Positions 1 to 10,950 of a stretch of 64,000 bases of DNA are shown here, in pieces; the stretch's first letter is position 1; the number at the start of each line of letters is the position of its first letter. The notes beneath the pieces were generated by a model. The model made no database searches and was not told where the DNA came from. It saw nothing but the letters and a program-made list of their open reading frames with translations. Source of the DNA: Thecamonas trahens ATCC 50062 (taxonomy: Eukaryota; Protista; Apusomonadida); assembly GCF_000142905.1 (NCBI RefSeq), contig NW_013657654.1, forward strand, positions 362,136 through 426,135, written 5' to 3'. A program made the position numbers and the translations under genes.

Positions 1-2
1 AC

Positions 3-536
3 CTGCGTGGGGCGTACAGCGGCCCGGACCCCGAGGATGGCCGTGCTCTGCGCAGGGCGTACCCGACGCAAATGTCTGCGCTGCTCCGTCAGATCCGGCA
101 CTCGCTCGCCTCGGGCATCACGTGGGACGTGAGTGGCAAGTGGCGGCTGTCGATGACGTCTGTTGGCGAAGAGGCCGAGACCATGGCACCGACGCTGGAG
201 CTAGTCCAGTCAGGCTCGGCCGTCACCGGCGCAGCCTCACTCTTCAACGGCATGGTTGCGCTCGAGGTAGACGAGGCTGCATCGGGTGCGCTCGGATCAC
301 GGCTCTTCTTCACTCTTCTCTGCGACGACCGGCGGTGGCAGTTTACGGTCCGGGCCATGCTCGCAGTCGACGGCGAGTCATTTGATGGGCTCTTCTGGTC
401 GCCGTCGGGCAACCGCGGGGTGATTTCGGCCGCCCGGGTCTCACGTCGCGAGTCGGTCAACGTCGGAGGAAGGTCATCGCGCAACCTCGAGTCACTTGCG
501 GACGCGGTGGCGAGCGCGTTGGAGAGCAGCCCTTAG
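3..536 (+). CDS. 3' part of a gene entering from the left edge; C-terminal small beta-barrel-like domain, function unknown
   Basis: The frame is open from base 3 to TAG at 534-536. The alternating beta-strand pattern WDVSGKWRLSM...LELVQSGSAVTG...FDGLFW suggests a small barrel. Confidence 0.55.
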   Translation: MRGAYSGPDPEDGRALRRAYPTQMSALLRQIRHSLASGITWDVSGKWRLSMTSVGEEAETMAPTLELVQSGSAVTGAASLFNGMVALEVDEAASGALGSRLFFTLLCDDRRWQFTVRAMLAVDGESFDGLFWSPSGNRGVISAARVSRRESVNVGGRSSRNLESLADAVASALESSP

Positions 537-603
537 CGGAGCGGTCGTTGCGCGCCGCAGAGTGAGCATGACGAATGCGTCAGCCACAGCCCTGTGGCTG
601 AGT

Positions 604-3600
604 CTAAGTTGTCATCTTTGTTTCGGCGGTGGTAGGCACCGAGTTGGTCGACCGCCGCCGTCTGTGGGCGATACGATTGATCCGAGAGAGCGTCACCGAG
701 CCTGGTGGAGTCGGTGTCGTGTCGTCTCGCGGCAAGGGCTTGAGAGCAGGGGACAAGGAAAGTGCCCGCGCCCGGGAACTGCTCCGAACCCGAACTCTCC
801 GCTTGCGGGTGACGGCATGTGAGACCTTTGAGGCGTTCGAGGCATCGGATGCGCCCGAAGCTTCGCTGCTGTTGCCATCGCCATCGATGATGCGGCTGTT
901 GCGTGCGCGAGCAACAGCCAGATGCGTCCCGACTTGACCATGGGAGGCTGACGAGACCATGTTGCGCGCCGATCTCGTGCGGAGAGCGCGTGGCTCGCGC
1001 GGGCTAGTTCTGGCCATGTTGCGGTGGGTTTTGGTGCGACGGACGGCACAACGTTCGATCTCGTATGACGACGTGTGGGCGCGGGCAGTTTGCGAGCCGT
1101 TGCGATCTTGAAGACAGGCATGGCCACGAGGCGAGATGACACCCGCAACATGATACTCGGTTGAATGGAGCGAAATCGAGCGCGGGCGGGACAGCCTGGT
1201 GCCAGACGGAGAGCGGCCGCGCGAGTTTGCGAGCCTCTCCGAGGGCGAAGTGCCCTCGATCGAGTGACGTACAAGTGCTTCGACGAGGGCAACACCGGAT
1301 GGTGGATCGGCAGCCGTGTTGGGTGGACTGCTGGTGGCGAGGGAGCTGGCCATGGGAAAGGTGTTGGTTGTTGACTTGCCGAGCGAGCTGAGCGCTTGCT
1401 TTGTAGTCATGCGATTGGCGAGCGCCGGTGCGGCCACAATGTCGCTGGGGATGGCGTCTTCGTCGGGCCAGACGCTGGCAAATACGTCACCAGTGAGCAG
1501 GATGGCTGATCTGGCGATGCGCCGCATGCGGTCGTCGGTAAAGCACAGCGAGCGAGAAGCAAGGTCAGCTGGAAGCATCTCCCAGATTTCGCACGGCTGG
1601 GCGAGGCCGCTGAAAACGAGGACAGCCAACGGCGCAAGTGCAACAGCGGAGCGGGAGGTGCTCGGGCTAGGCGATGACGACCTGGCCGAGGCGATGCGGT
1701 CAACAACTTGCCGCGAGAGCGCAATTTGGCCGCCCCAGGCGGCGTCAGTGACTAGCGTGGCGAGATTGGCCATGCCGCCAAAGTACTGGGACCTGCCCGC
1801 ACGGACGTCAAAGGCCGATGAGACGCGGCCGTAGTGAACGCCCATTCGAACGCGGATTCCGTTCCAGCACGCGGGTCTTCCCTCGGCCATGAGGCTCAGC
1901 AACCAGTTTGGCCACGACACGTCCATAAGCGCGCGTTGGACACCGCAAGTAAAGCTGATCATGGCCTCGACATCTTCATAGGCGACAAAGAAAGCGTCGC
2001 CCTCAGTCTTGAACTCGTAGCCGCCGGTGGCGGCAATGGCGGCGCGCATGATCTCGTTGTGCTTGTCGAGAACAAGGATCATCTGTTCTGGATTGGCCTC
2101 CCACAGGGCGGTCGAGTCCTGGATGTCGGTGGTGACAATAAAGATCTCGCCCTGGGGCGCCTTGTCCGCTAGTGCGGCGTGGTATGCCGAGACAGACGCT
2201 GACCGCCGCGACCGGTAGAGGAGAACAATAGCGGCGATGAGGACAAGGCACAGGACCAAAAGCGCCCCGCTCATGGCAGCCACCGTCACAATTGACAGAC
2301 CGCCCTCGGTGGTCTTGGTGTTCGGTGGACACTCCACATCTGCCGCCGAGCACATGCCACACGACTTGAGCGTCTTTCCCGAGTTGGGGATGCCATCGCA
2401 GCCGGCACACACGGTGTTGTTGCCGTAGCAAGTGCCGCAGTCGTCCTTGGCGAGATTAGAGCCAAAGCAAACGCCGCAGTCGTCCATGGCCGCGTTGTGA
2501 CCACGGCACACGCCGCAGCTATCAAGATCAGCATCGTCGCCAAAGCACACGCCACATGAGTCGCGATCGGCGTTGCCGCGGAAGCACACTCCACAAGAGT
2601 CGCGGAAAAAGTTTGCCGTGGGAATGAGCGACGTCCCGCCGGCGCACGAGTTGCACTCGTCGATGGCGGCGGTACCGCTGCAAGTTCCGGTGCAGTCGTA
2701 AATGGCGGACGAGCCGAGGACGCCGTCGCAGCCCATGATGCACGACGAGCCGTCGCCGCCACAGACACCACAGAGATCAAAGAGCGCGCCGCCGTCGGAG
2801 ACACGGATTCCGTCGCAGCCGACACACGTCGAGTTGTCGCCATCGCACACGCCACAGGCATCGAGGACTCCGGACGCACAGGTGGTGCAGGTCAGATCCT
2901 GGCCAAAGCACACGCCACACGAGTCGAGGTGGTAGTTGTACGGGAGCGGAGTCGAGACGTTGCCGCCGGCACACATGCCGCAACTGTCGATGGTGGCGTT
3001 GCCGCCGCACACGCTGTGGCAGTCGTAGTGGATGCTCGAGCCGTAGACGCCGTCGCAGCCGACGTAGCATACAGTGGCGTTGCCGCCACAAACGCCGCAC
3101 GCGTCGAAATGTGCGCCGCCTGAGGGAATCGGCACCCCGTCGCAGCCGAGGCAGGACGAGCCGTCGCCATCGCACACGCCACAGACGTCTCGGACGAGGC
3201 CCGAGTTGGGCACCCCATCGCAGCCGGCGCAGGTCGCGTTCGATCCAAAGCACACGCCGCAGCCGTCCTTGTGGGTGTTGGCGCCAAAGCAGACACCGCA
3301 GTCGTCGCGATCGGCGTTGCCGCCAAAGCACACGCCGCAGTCGTCGCGATCAGCATTGGGCAGGCGGTTGGTGGTGCCACCGGAGCAGACGTTGCATGCG
3401 TCGAGGATAGCGTTGCCATCGCAGGTGCCGGCGCAGTCCATGCCGTTAGGGTGCGCGCAGGTGGTGCAGGGCGCGCCTGGGGTGAGGCAGGCGTAGCCGG
3501 GCTCGAGCTGGCAGGAAGATGAGCAGCCATCGCCTGGAGCTGTGTTGCCATCGTCGCAGGATTCGAGGCCGGGCGTGACGACCGAGTCGCCGCAGGAGGA

Positions 3601-5021
3601 GGGCAGTGGAGATGGGGGTGGGGGTGGTGATGGGGGCGGGGGTGGTGAGGGTGGCGGCGAGGGGGTGGGGGTGGTGAGGGGGGTGGGGGTGGTGCCGGCG
3701 GCGGGGGCGGCGCTGCGACGCAGATGGTGGGAGCGTCGCCAGAGCACGACCATGGCGCAACGATGTTGCAAGAGGCATCGCAGCCATCGCCGACATTGGT
3801 GTTCCCGTCATCGCACTGTTCCGAGCTCTCGCGGAAGCCATCGCCACAGGCAACCGGCAACGGCAAAGTAGTCCAGTTTGTGGCGACACCGTTGGGTGGG
3901 ATCGAGCAGGTGATGTCTGAGGCACCGCCACAGCCAATGCCCGCGAGGTTGGCAAAGTCACCGATGCCGTTGGGTCTGAGAAGAGCGACAAGCCCCTGCT
4001 CGCAGCCGGAGAGTGTGGCAGAGGCACGCGACGAGACCTCGCCATCGGAGAGTGTTCGGTTCCAGACGCGGACGTCGCGAACCGAGCCATCAAAGCGACC
4101 CAGGTAAAGGCCACGAGTTGCAGTCTTGGCGCCGTATGTGTAGTAGGTGAAGAAAGCTGATCGGTACCAAGAGGATGAGGTGGGAGCGCCGTCGACGTAG
4201 ATGGTCCACGTGCTTGTGGTAGCGTCAAAGACCCCAGCGATGTGGCGCTCAACACCCTGGGTAAAGGTCCCGACGGGCGCGTCGGACTCGTAGCGGATGT
4301 AGCCCGGAGAGTAGCCGGCGGAAAAGGTGACAGCGTAGTCGGCGTCGGGATCGGGTCCGTACTGAGGGTTGGAATCGTCGAACATACCGACAATGAAGCG
4401 AGTGTTGTCGCCGAGAAATGCAAAGATGGTCTGAGTCGAGAACGAGTTAACAGTCACTCGCATCTCGATGGAGATGTCGGCGTCGATGTCAAGCGAGGGC
4501 CAGACACCGGGGCTGGATTCGTTGTACGCGCACGTCGGGATGGCTGGCTCGGGGGGGACGGCAAAGTCAGTGGCATCAAGACCAAGGCGGCGCTCCCAAG
4601 AAAAGGCTACGCCATCGCGCTCATTGTCTGGTGGCAAAGCCCGGAAGCGGATGGAGATCTGCGAGGCGTTGAAAAAGATGGGCTCGCCGATCCTTGCGCC
4701 GACGGGAGAGTTGCCGGACATGTCTGCGAGGACCTCTGACCAGTCGCCAACCAAGCCTCGATAGACGATGAGGTGATCGAAAGGCGGCTTTGTGTCAAAC
4801 GAGTCAAAGATGAGCTGCAGCCCGCCTTGCAAGTAGTCAAACTGGTAGATGCAATCGACTGCGGCCGGGTACCCGCCGGTGATGTTGACGTAGCCTGCGG
4901 TGACACCACTGGTCGAGTTGAAGATCTGAGACGAGCACGATGCCAAAGCGTGGGTGTGACAAGGAAAGTGCCCGAGAAGCAAGATCATGACAATGGTCAT
5001 CATCATCATCGTCATCATCAT
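604..5021 (-). CDS. Single-pass receptor adenylyl-cyclase-like protein, paralog A (signal peptide, CUB, LamG-like, Cys-rich repeats, TM, class III cyclase domain, disordered tail); frame break at ~3661-3665
   Basis: ORF 2892..5084 has CUB (YPAAVDCIY..LIFDSFDT..FDHLIVY), LamG-like (HIAGVFD..IYVDG..VRDVRVWNRTLS) and CGDG..EQCDDGN motifs. ORF 604..3771 has DxCGVCxG repeats, a TM helix and a fungal/trypanosome-type cyclase (TDIQDSTALWE, GYEFKTEGDAF, RVRMGVHYG). One extra C in a C5 run joins them, and the intact paralog at 43261..47676 confirms the architecture. Confidence 0.88.
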
Positions 5022-5778
5022 AGTACTCGTCCCCGTCCTGACTGGTACGCTGGCATGCGTTGCTATTCTTCGGCATCGTTCCATATTGGTAAGGTGTCAG
5101 GAGTGGTTTGACTCGCGACAATGAGAGATGTAAGCCGAGCAGTACAGGGATGAACGAGAGGGTGACGGCGTATGAAAGGGGAATGGTGGGGGCGGTGGTG
5201 GTGGCGGCGGCGGCAGCGGTGGTGGTGGTGGTGGCGATGTGGTGGATGGCGCGTGTGGTGTGGATGATGGCCGCGTGAAGTGCTTGCGGGTCGGGTCGTT
5301 GCGGGGAGCGGAGCGGATAGCTGTACGTTTGAGTGAGGAACAAATGTGGGATGTGTCACGGTATACAATTTGACAACGTGGTATGTGTTGACAGATACGG
5401 TGCGGGGCGTGCTGCCCAGGTCAACAAATGCCAACCGGCCGCGGCGTGGCGGAGTCGGGCTGTCGGCGCCGAGGTTGGTGGCAGACTGGGCAAGCGACAT
5501 GGACGAGTTAAAGCCGGGTGTGGGGCGACGGCGGGCAGCCATGCAGGCGCGGATGCGGTCACGGAGCACGGCAGCCGAGGTAGTCGAGTTGAGCAAGATT
5601 CGGGCGGGGCGATTCTGCGGAGCCAATTAGGTTCTGCGCCGTGACAGAGCTCAGCTGTGCCGTTTTCGGTTGGCGCCAAGTTTAGCAGTTTGGGTCGGAA
5701 GGCGGAGGCGGGTGGACACGGCAGGGACAGGCACGTCTCGCTGGAGGGAGAGAGACGGCGAGAAAGGAGACAGCGGAA

Positions 5779-8391
5779 ATGAAATCGTCGGCAGCTACGT
5801 GGAGAGCCAAGTTGGACACGCTGCAAGCACGTGTGTCGTCATACCAGGTGGCAACAGGTGCTGGAGCTCGTCAGAGCGGTCGGTCGAGGAGCAGTCTGCC
5901 AATGGGACGAGGCCGGGACGGGGACGGTAGCGGCGATGGCCATGGCCATGATCATGGTCATGATCATGATCATGACCATGGTCATGATCATGGAGAAAGA
6001 CGGGCTGATGGGGGCGGACGGGCGGTGTCGGCCGAGGCTGCGATGATGGCGACCATGCGATTGGACGAGGTCGAGGGCGAGATGACCCGGATGGGCAGAG
6101 TTGACCGGCCGAGGGAGACCCGGCGCGGTGGGCGTGGGCCACAGGAAGGCCAGGTGGCATCGCATTACGTGCTCCGGTCAGTGCCGTCGACACTGCCGCG
6201 AGGGGCGATCCGTGAACAGCCGCTGCCGGCAGCGGCAGTGTCGGCGGATGTGGCAGGTGTGCTGGCGGCACTGTCGGGATCGCCGCAAAAGGGCCACGCC
6301 ATCAACGGCACGCTCATCACCCTTGCCCAAAACGCGGCGGTGAATGTGGAGACGCTCATGCATACCATCCGCGCGCTGGATGCCGGAGTAGCCGTGCCTA
6401 CCAGCACGAGCGGTGAGGCGCGGACGACGTCGCATGGACGCGCCGGCTCGATGCCAGTGGGCATTGCGTCGACGATGCGGGTCCCGGCTGGCGGCACAGA
6501 GCCGCTGACGGTGTCGGAGCTCTCGTCGCCGGCGCCGCCGCCGATGTTGGGCGGGCCGGCGGTGACGCGGCGGGGCAATCCTCCGCCACAGCGAGCACGG
6601 TCGATGCAGCCGTGGCCGCAGGCGTCGGCGTCGGCTTCGACACAGTCGATGGCGGACATCCGGGCCGAAGCCGAGGCCAAAGTTCGGGCCGAGCTGGCAG
6701 CTGAGGCCGAGGCCGAGGCCCAGGCTGCGGCTCAGGCCGAGGCCGAGGCTGCTGCGCGGGTGCGTCAAGAGGCCGAGAACGCCGAGCTGCGCCGGCGTGC
6801 GGCCGAGCTGGAGCATCGGCTCTCGGCGCTGGAGGCTGTGACGGAAGAGTCACTGGCCTCGCCGGGGCGAGCGAGCGAGAGGCAAGTGATGTACGACGTG
6901 GCGGCGAGCCCTGTCTCGTCGATGGTGGAGGACGAGCTGCGGTGGCGTGCGGCGCAGCTGGAGGAGCGGCTCTCGCAGCTAGAAGTTGTGGAAGCACGGC
7001 GGAAGCTTAGTGCGTCGGAGCGGAGTGGGCACGACGCGCTGCTGCGTGAGCAGCAGGCGGTGCTTGCGCATCAGCGGCAGTTGCTTGCCCAGCAACAGGC
7101 GCTGGAAGCGAACATGGCTGCGCAGGAGGAGGAGCTCTCCGAGTCGCGGGCCGAGCTCGGACGGCGCGAGGCGGAGCTCAACGCTGTCCTTGATCGCCTG
7201 CTTCCGGGAGGAGATGCCGGTCCTGTGGTGGCTGTCCATGCGCCTGTGTACCGGGGCGATGTGCACCAAGTGGAGCAAGCCGGTCACACGGAGGTTGCTA
7301 GCTTGACTAAGTCTGCGCCAGAGACAGAGTCTGCCCCGGTCAACGCGCCAGCGCCGACGGTATGCGAGGCTGTACGGGTGCCCGGACGCGAAGCTGCTCA
7401 TGTGGAGATTGCGCGGATGGTGATGGAGCCGGCAAAAGCCTCGATGGAGGAGGTGGCGCGAGTGAGTGAGCCACGGGCGGTGGCCACGCCCGAGCGGATC
7501 CGGGTGTCGATGCCGAACAATGTCACGGCAGCAAGCCAGACCGAGGCCGTGGAAGCAGTGGGCGCGGCAATTCAGACCGAGGCTGTGGAGGTCGTTGGTG
7601 CGGCGATCCAGACCGAGTCTGTGGAGGTCGTTGGTGCGGCGATCCAGACCGAGGCTGTAGCGGCTACAGAGGTGTCGCGAGTCCGCAGCAGGCCGCAGCC
7701 AGCCCCAGCAGTTCCAGTGGCGTCGTGCGCGAGCGACGAGGAGGAGGACGAGTCTGCTGACGATAGACTCGCCAAGACGTGCTACGACGACGAGCGGTTG
7801 TGGCTGGGCGAGGCGCGGAGCGTGGTGCGGCGGATCAACGCGCCGACGCTGGCGAGTATGCACCAGCACTACGGTAGTGAGGAGGGCAAGATTGGGCCCG
7901 CTGGGCGGATCATCACAGTGCCACGGCTGAGTGAGGCCGAGGTCCGGTTTATTGCCGACGTGCGGTCGCGGTACGCACCGCCAGCGGCGGTGGCGTCGCG
8001 GGCCGAGGCCGAGGGCGTGCCGGTGGAGCACGTTGTGACCGGGCACGAGTTTGACATGCTGGTAGAGATCCGGCGAGCAGACGACGCAAGTGCTGCGCGT
8101 GTGGCCAAGCTGCGTGCACTCGGGGTGCTGACGCCGGCGCAGAGCACGCGGCTTCCGCGCGGCTACGGGCAGGCAATTCTCAAGACCGACGTGGCGCGGC
8201 CGTACTTTCAGTTTGCGCACATGGACGCAGCATCGCGTGCGGCCGGCTCAGCGGCTGTGGCGGCGACGATGCGGTGGTCCGACTCGCTGCGGCGGCCGCC
8301 GTCGGAGAGCCTCAAGGCCGAGGCGATCGCGCAGGCCCGCGCGGAGCAGCGGCAGGAGCTGGCGCGGCTGCTGCGCGAACGCGATGGGTGA
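5779..8391 (+). CDS. Hypothetical coiled-coil protein with His-Asp repeat and tandem xQT repeats
   Basis: 870-aa ATG ORF with a central E/A/R/Q-rich heptad region, a (GHDH)n stretch and a 12-aa repeat IQTEAVEVVGAA. Confidence 0.7.
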   Translation: MKSSAATWRAKLDTLQARVSSYQVATGAGARQSGRSRSSLPMGRGRDGDGSGDGHGHDHGHDHDHDHGHDHGERRADGGGRAVSAEAAMMATMRLDEVEGEMTRMGRVDRPRETRRGGRGPQEGQVASHYVLRSVPSTLPRGAIREQPLPAAAVSADVAGVLAALSGSPQKGHAINGTLITLAQNAAVNVETLMHTIRALDAGVAVPTSTSGEARTTSHGRAGSMPVGIASTMRVPAGGTEPLTVSELSSPAPPPMLGGPAVTRRGNPPPQRARSMQPWPQASASASTQSMADIRAEAEAKVRAELAAEAEAEAQAAAQAEAEAAARVRQEAENAELRRRAAELEHRLSALEAVTEESLASPGRASERQVMYDVAASPVSSMVEDELRWRAAQLEERLSQLEVVEARRKLSASERSGHDALLREQQAVLAHQRQLLAQQQALEANMAAQEEELSESRAELGRREAELNAVLDRLLPGGDAGPVVAVHAPVYRGDVHQVEQAGHTEVASLTKSAPETESAPVNAPAPTVCEAVRVPGREAAHVEIARMVMEPAKASMEEVARVSEPRAVATPERIRVSMPNNVTAASQTEAVEAVGAAIQTEAVEVVGAAIQTESVEVVGAAIQTEAVAATEVSRVRSRPQPAPAVPVASCASDEEEDESADDRLAKTCYDDERLWLGEARSVVRRINAPTLASMHQHYGSEEGKIGPAGRIITVPRLSEAEVRFIADVRSRYAPPAAVASRAEAEGVPVEHVVTGHEFDMLVEIRRADDASAARVAKLRALGVLTPAQSTRLPRGYGQAILKTDVARPYFQFAHMDAASRAAGSAAVAATMRWSDSLRRPPSESLKAEAIAQARAEQRQELARLLRERDG

Positions 8392-8395
8392 CGAG

Positions 8396-10396
8396 CTACT
8401 CTTCCGGCTCCTGGAACAGATAGTCGTGGTACTCGATGCAGAGCTGAACGGCTTCAGACTGCTGCTGCATGTCCATGAGGTTGGCGATCGACTCGACCGC
8501 CGGGCGGAGGATGTTGGGTGCAAAGACGACGGCGAGGTTGGAGGCGCCCATGCGGTTGGACGGCTCGTGCGACGCGACGCGAGCGAGGAAGGCCATCAGC
8601 TCCTTGGTGAGCAGGTAGTTGTCGTCCGGGAGCGAGGCGACAGCGTAGAAGAGGGCCTGTAGCTTGTCGGCGTGGTTGGATATCTTTGCGGCAGCCACAA
8701 ACGCATCGTAGTGCGAGAAGGGGAAGAGCGGCTCGGGGAGAAGGCGGAGGTAGAGCTTGAGGGCGGCGGCGACAATGTGCGGGTCAGAGAAAACGACCGG
8801 GTATGCGGCAAAGTCGCCGTCGGCAAACGACCTGGTGTTGACGAGGACAACAAAGTCGTCGAGCAACCGTTGGTTGCCCGAGATGCGGAAGAGGCCGTCG
8901 AGCTCGAGCGAGTGCGCAGTGAGATGAGCAAGGGCGGCGGCGACAAAGGCAGGAATCGGGTCGGCAGCGGTGGCAGTGGCAGTCGTGAGCTGTGCAAGCG
9001 GGACGCCAAAAACGGCGTCCGGGCCCGGAACGTAGCCGACGGCGCCGGGCGGGGCGTCCGGTCGCGGCTCGGCAGGCTCGGCGCCCGGACGGCGGACCCT
9101 GGCCTTGACGCGCGAGACAAAGGAGCGGACGCGGTCCATGGGCTCAATGCCAGGCGTTTCAGGCGGTAGGACGATCGCGGGATCGAGCTGCGGTAGTGTG
9201 GCCTGCAGCCTGTCGAGGCGCTCGATCCAGAGCTCACGGAGCGCCGGGTCACGGGCACGGAAGAGCATCGAGCGGTTCGGAGTATAGACTTCAAAGTAGG
9301 CGGCGTTCGGTGCGATGGTCGACGACGTATTGGGCGGCGGGCCGAGGAGCTCGACGACGAGAAATCCATCGGTGAGGTCGAGGCCACCCTTGAGAGGAAC
9401 GGCGGTGGGGTCGCCGGCGGCGGCGGCCTCTGCCATGGCCAGCGGGACGTAGTACTCGAGCGCGGTCGGCTTGAGGACAACCCAGCGGTACTTGTAGTGG
9501 GTGAGGACCGAGCTCCCGCCGCGTTTCTCGAGGAATGAGTGGAAGAGCTCGCCATCGCCGAGCGGGACTTCGGTCCCGTCTGACTTGGGCACAAACACTT
9601 TCATGGCGAGCATGCGGTCACGAACCCGGTTCTTGGCCTTTCGGAACATGGACTTGACCTTGGTGAGCGTGGCGAGGCTATTCGGCCGCTTGCCCTCTTG
9701 CTCAGCAGGCGTCAGAGGCGAGGGCGGGAGCGAATGCGCCGATGGTGATAGTGGCGGGGCCGAATCCGGCTCAGAGTCCCGGTCAAGGCTTGAATTCGGA
9801 GCGTCGAGGACGTCGGCTTCGGCCAGCAGCTCGGCTATGTGCGCCATAGAGGTGAGCCGTGGCTTGGGCGGCGGGACCGGGACAAAGGCCGATGGCGCCA
9901 TCGACCGGCGGCTCAGCGCCACCGACCGACGGTCGGTCCCGGGCACCGGCTTGCGCGACGGAACCGGTGGTCGAGGCTTGGGCGCAGGCTTGGGTGCAGG
10001 CTTGGGTGCAGGCTTGGGTGCAGGCTTGGGTGCCGAGTTGGGCCGAGGTCCGGAGATGCCACGCCCGCGCCCGCGTCCGCGAGCACGCGCTCGCACCTGC
10101 CCTCGTCCGCGGGGTCCAAATCGGTCAGGATCGGCGCTTGCGGCACGAGCGCGTGCGGCCGGTGGAGGAGGTAACGATAGACGATCCTCGGCGCTGGCGG
10201 ATCGATAGCGTGGGGCGGGAGTAGGGGCGGAGGTATCTCTGCCGTGGCCACGGTAGTTGTTGCCACCACGACCACGGCCTCGACCGCGACCTCCGCCACG
10301 GCCACGGTCACGGCCACGGCCACGGCCACGGCCACGGCCACGGCCACGGCCGCTTTGCGAGAGATGAGGAGGTTTGGGCTGGACCAGTCGCGGTTC
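8396..10396 (-). CDS. PH-domain plus RhoGAP protein with RG-rich and Pro-rich N-terminus; 5' exon(s) not located
   Basis: PH motifs: FLEKRGGS..YKYRWVVL..LEYY, FEVYTPNRSMLFRA..RELWIERL. RhoGAP motifs: VFGVPL, DGLFRISGN (Arg finger intact), AALKLYLRLLPEPLF, NRMGASNLAVVFAPNIL. The frame stays open upstream of the GTG at 10096 through GRGRGR to a probable acceptor (gctgat...polypyrimidine...ccag at ~10397). Confidence 0.85.
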   Translation of the reverse strand, partial: EPRLVQPKPPHLSQSGRGRGRGRGRGRGRDRGRGGGRGRGRGRGGNNYRGHGRDTSAPTPAPRYRSASAEDRLSLPPPPAARARAASADPDRFGPRGRGQVRARARGRGRGRGISGPRPNSAPKPAPKPAPKPAPKPAPKPRPPVPSRKPVPGTDRRSVALSRRSMAPSAFVPVPPPKPRLTSMAHIAELLAEADVLDAPNSSLDRDSEPDSAPPLSPSAHSLPPSPLTPAEQEGKRPNSLATLTKVKSMFRKAKNRVRDRMLAMKVFVPKSDGTEVPLGDGELFHSFLEKRGGSSVLTHYKYRWVVLKPTALEYYVPLAMAEAAAAGDPTAVPLKGGLDLTDGFLVVELLGPPPNTSSTIAPNAAYFEVYTPNRSMLFRARDPALRELWIERLDRLQATLPQLDPAIVLPPETPGIEPMDRVRSFVSRVKARVRRPGAEPAEPRPDAPPGAVGYVPGPDAVFGVPLAQLTTATATAADPIPAFVAAALAHLTAHSLELDGLFRISGNQRLLDDFVVLVNTRSFADGDFAAYPVVFSDPHIVAAALKLYLRLLPEPLFPFSHYDAFVAAAKISNHADKLQALFYAVASLPDDNYLLTKELMAFLARVASHEPSNRMGASNLAVVFAPNILRPAVESIANLMDMQQQSEAVQLCIEYHDYLFQEPEE

Positions 10397-10444
10397 TGGC
10401 CGGTGTGAGGGGGGAATCGAAAGATCAGCAACAGGCTAGTGAAG

Positions 10445-10808
10445 CCGAGTGATCAGCAGCAGGCGAGAGAAGCCGAGTGATCAGCAGCAGGCGAGTCGAA
10501 CCGAGTGATCAGCAGCAGGCGAGAGAAGCCGAGTGATCAGCAGCAGGCGAGTCGAACCGAGTGATCAGCAGCAGGCGAGTGAGGCCGAGTGATCAGCAGC
10601 AGGCGAGTCGAACCGAGTGATCAGCAGCAGGCGAGAGAAGCCGAGTGATCAGCAGCAGGCGAGTCGAACCGAGTGATCAGCAGCAGGCGAGTGAGGCCGA
10701 GTGATCAGCAGCAGGCGAGTCGAACCGAGTGATCAGCAGCAGGCGAGAGAAGCCGAGTGATCAGCAGCAGGCGAGTCGAACCGAGTGATCAGCAGCAGGC
10801 GAGTGAAG
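10445..10808. repeat. Minisatellite, 13 x 28 bp with higher-order variant pattern
   Basis: Each unit is the invariant 23-mer ccgagtgatcagcagcaggcgag plus a 5-bp variant (agaag, tcgaa, tgagg or tgaag). A degenerate extra unit lies at ~10417-10444. Confidence 0.95.
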
Positions 10809-10912
10809 CCGTGCCGAGTCGGAGCCGATACGTGCCGTGTCGAGCAACCGAGTGGACGGCGACCACAGCCGAGCGGACTGAGTACGGATAGGTATGCGTG
10901 TATACGCACCCG

Positions 10913-10949
<37 letters not shown>
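10913..10949. repeat. (TA)n(TG)n compound microsatellite
   Basis: Read directly from the sequence. Confidence 0.9.

Positions 10950-10950
<1 letters not shown>

Noticed and set aside
10445-10808. CRISPR-like array (constant repeat plus variable part)
   Set aside because: The variable parts are only 5 bp and recur, there are no cas genes, and the context is eukaryotic.
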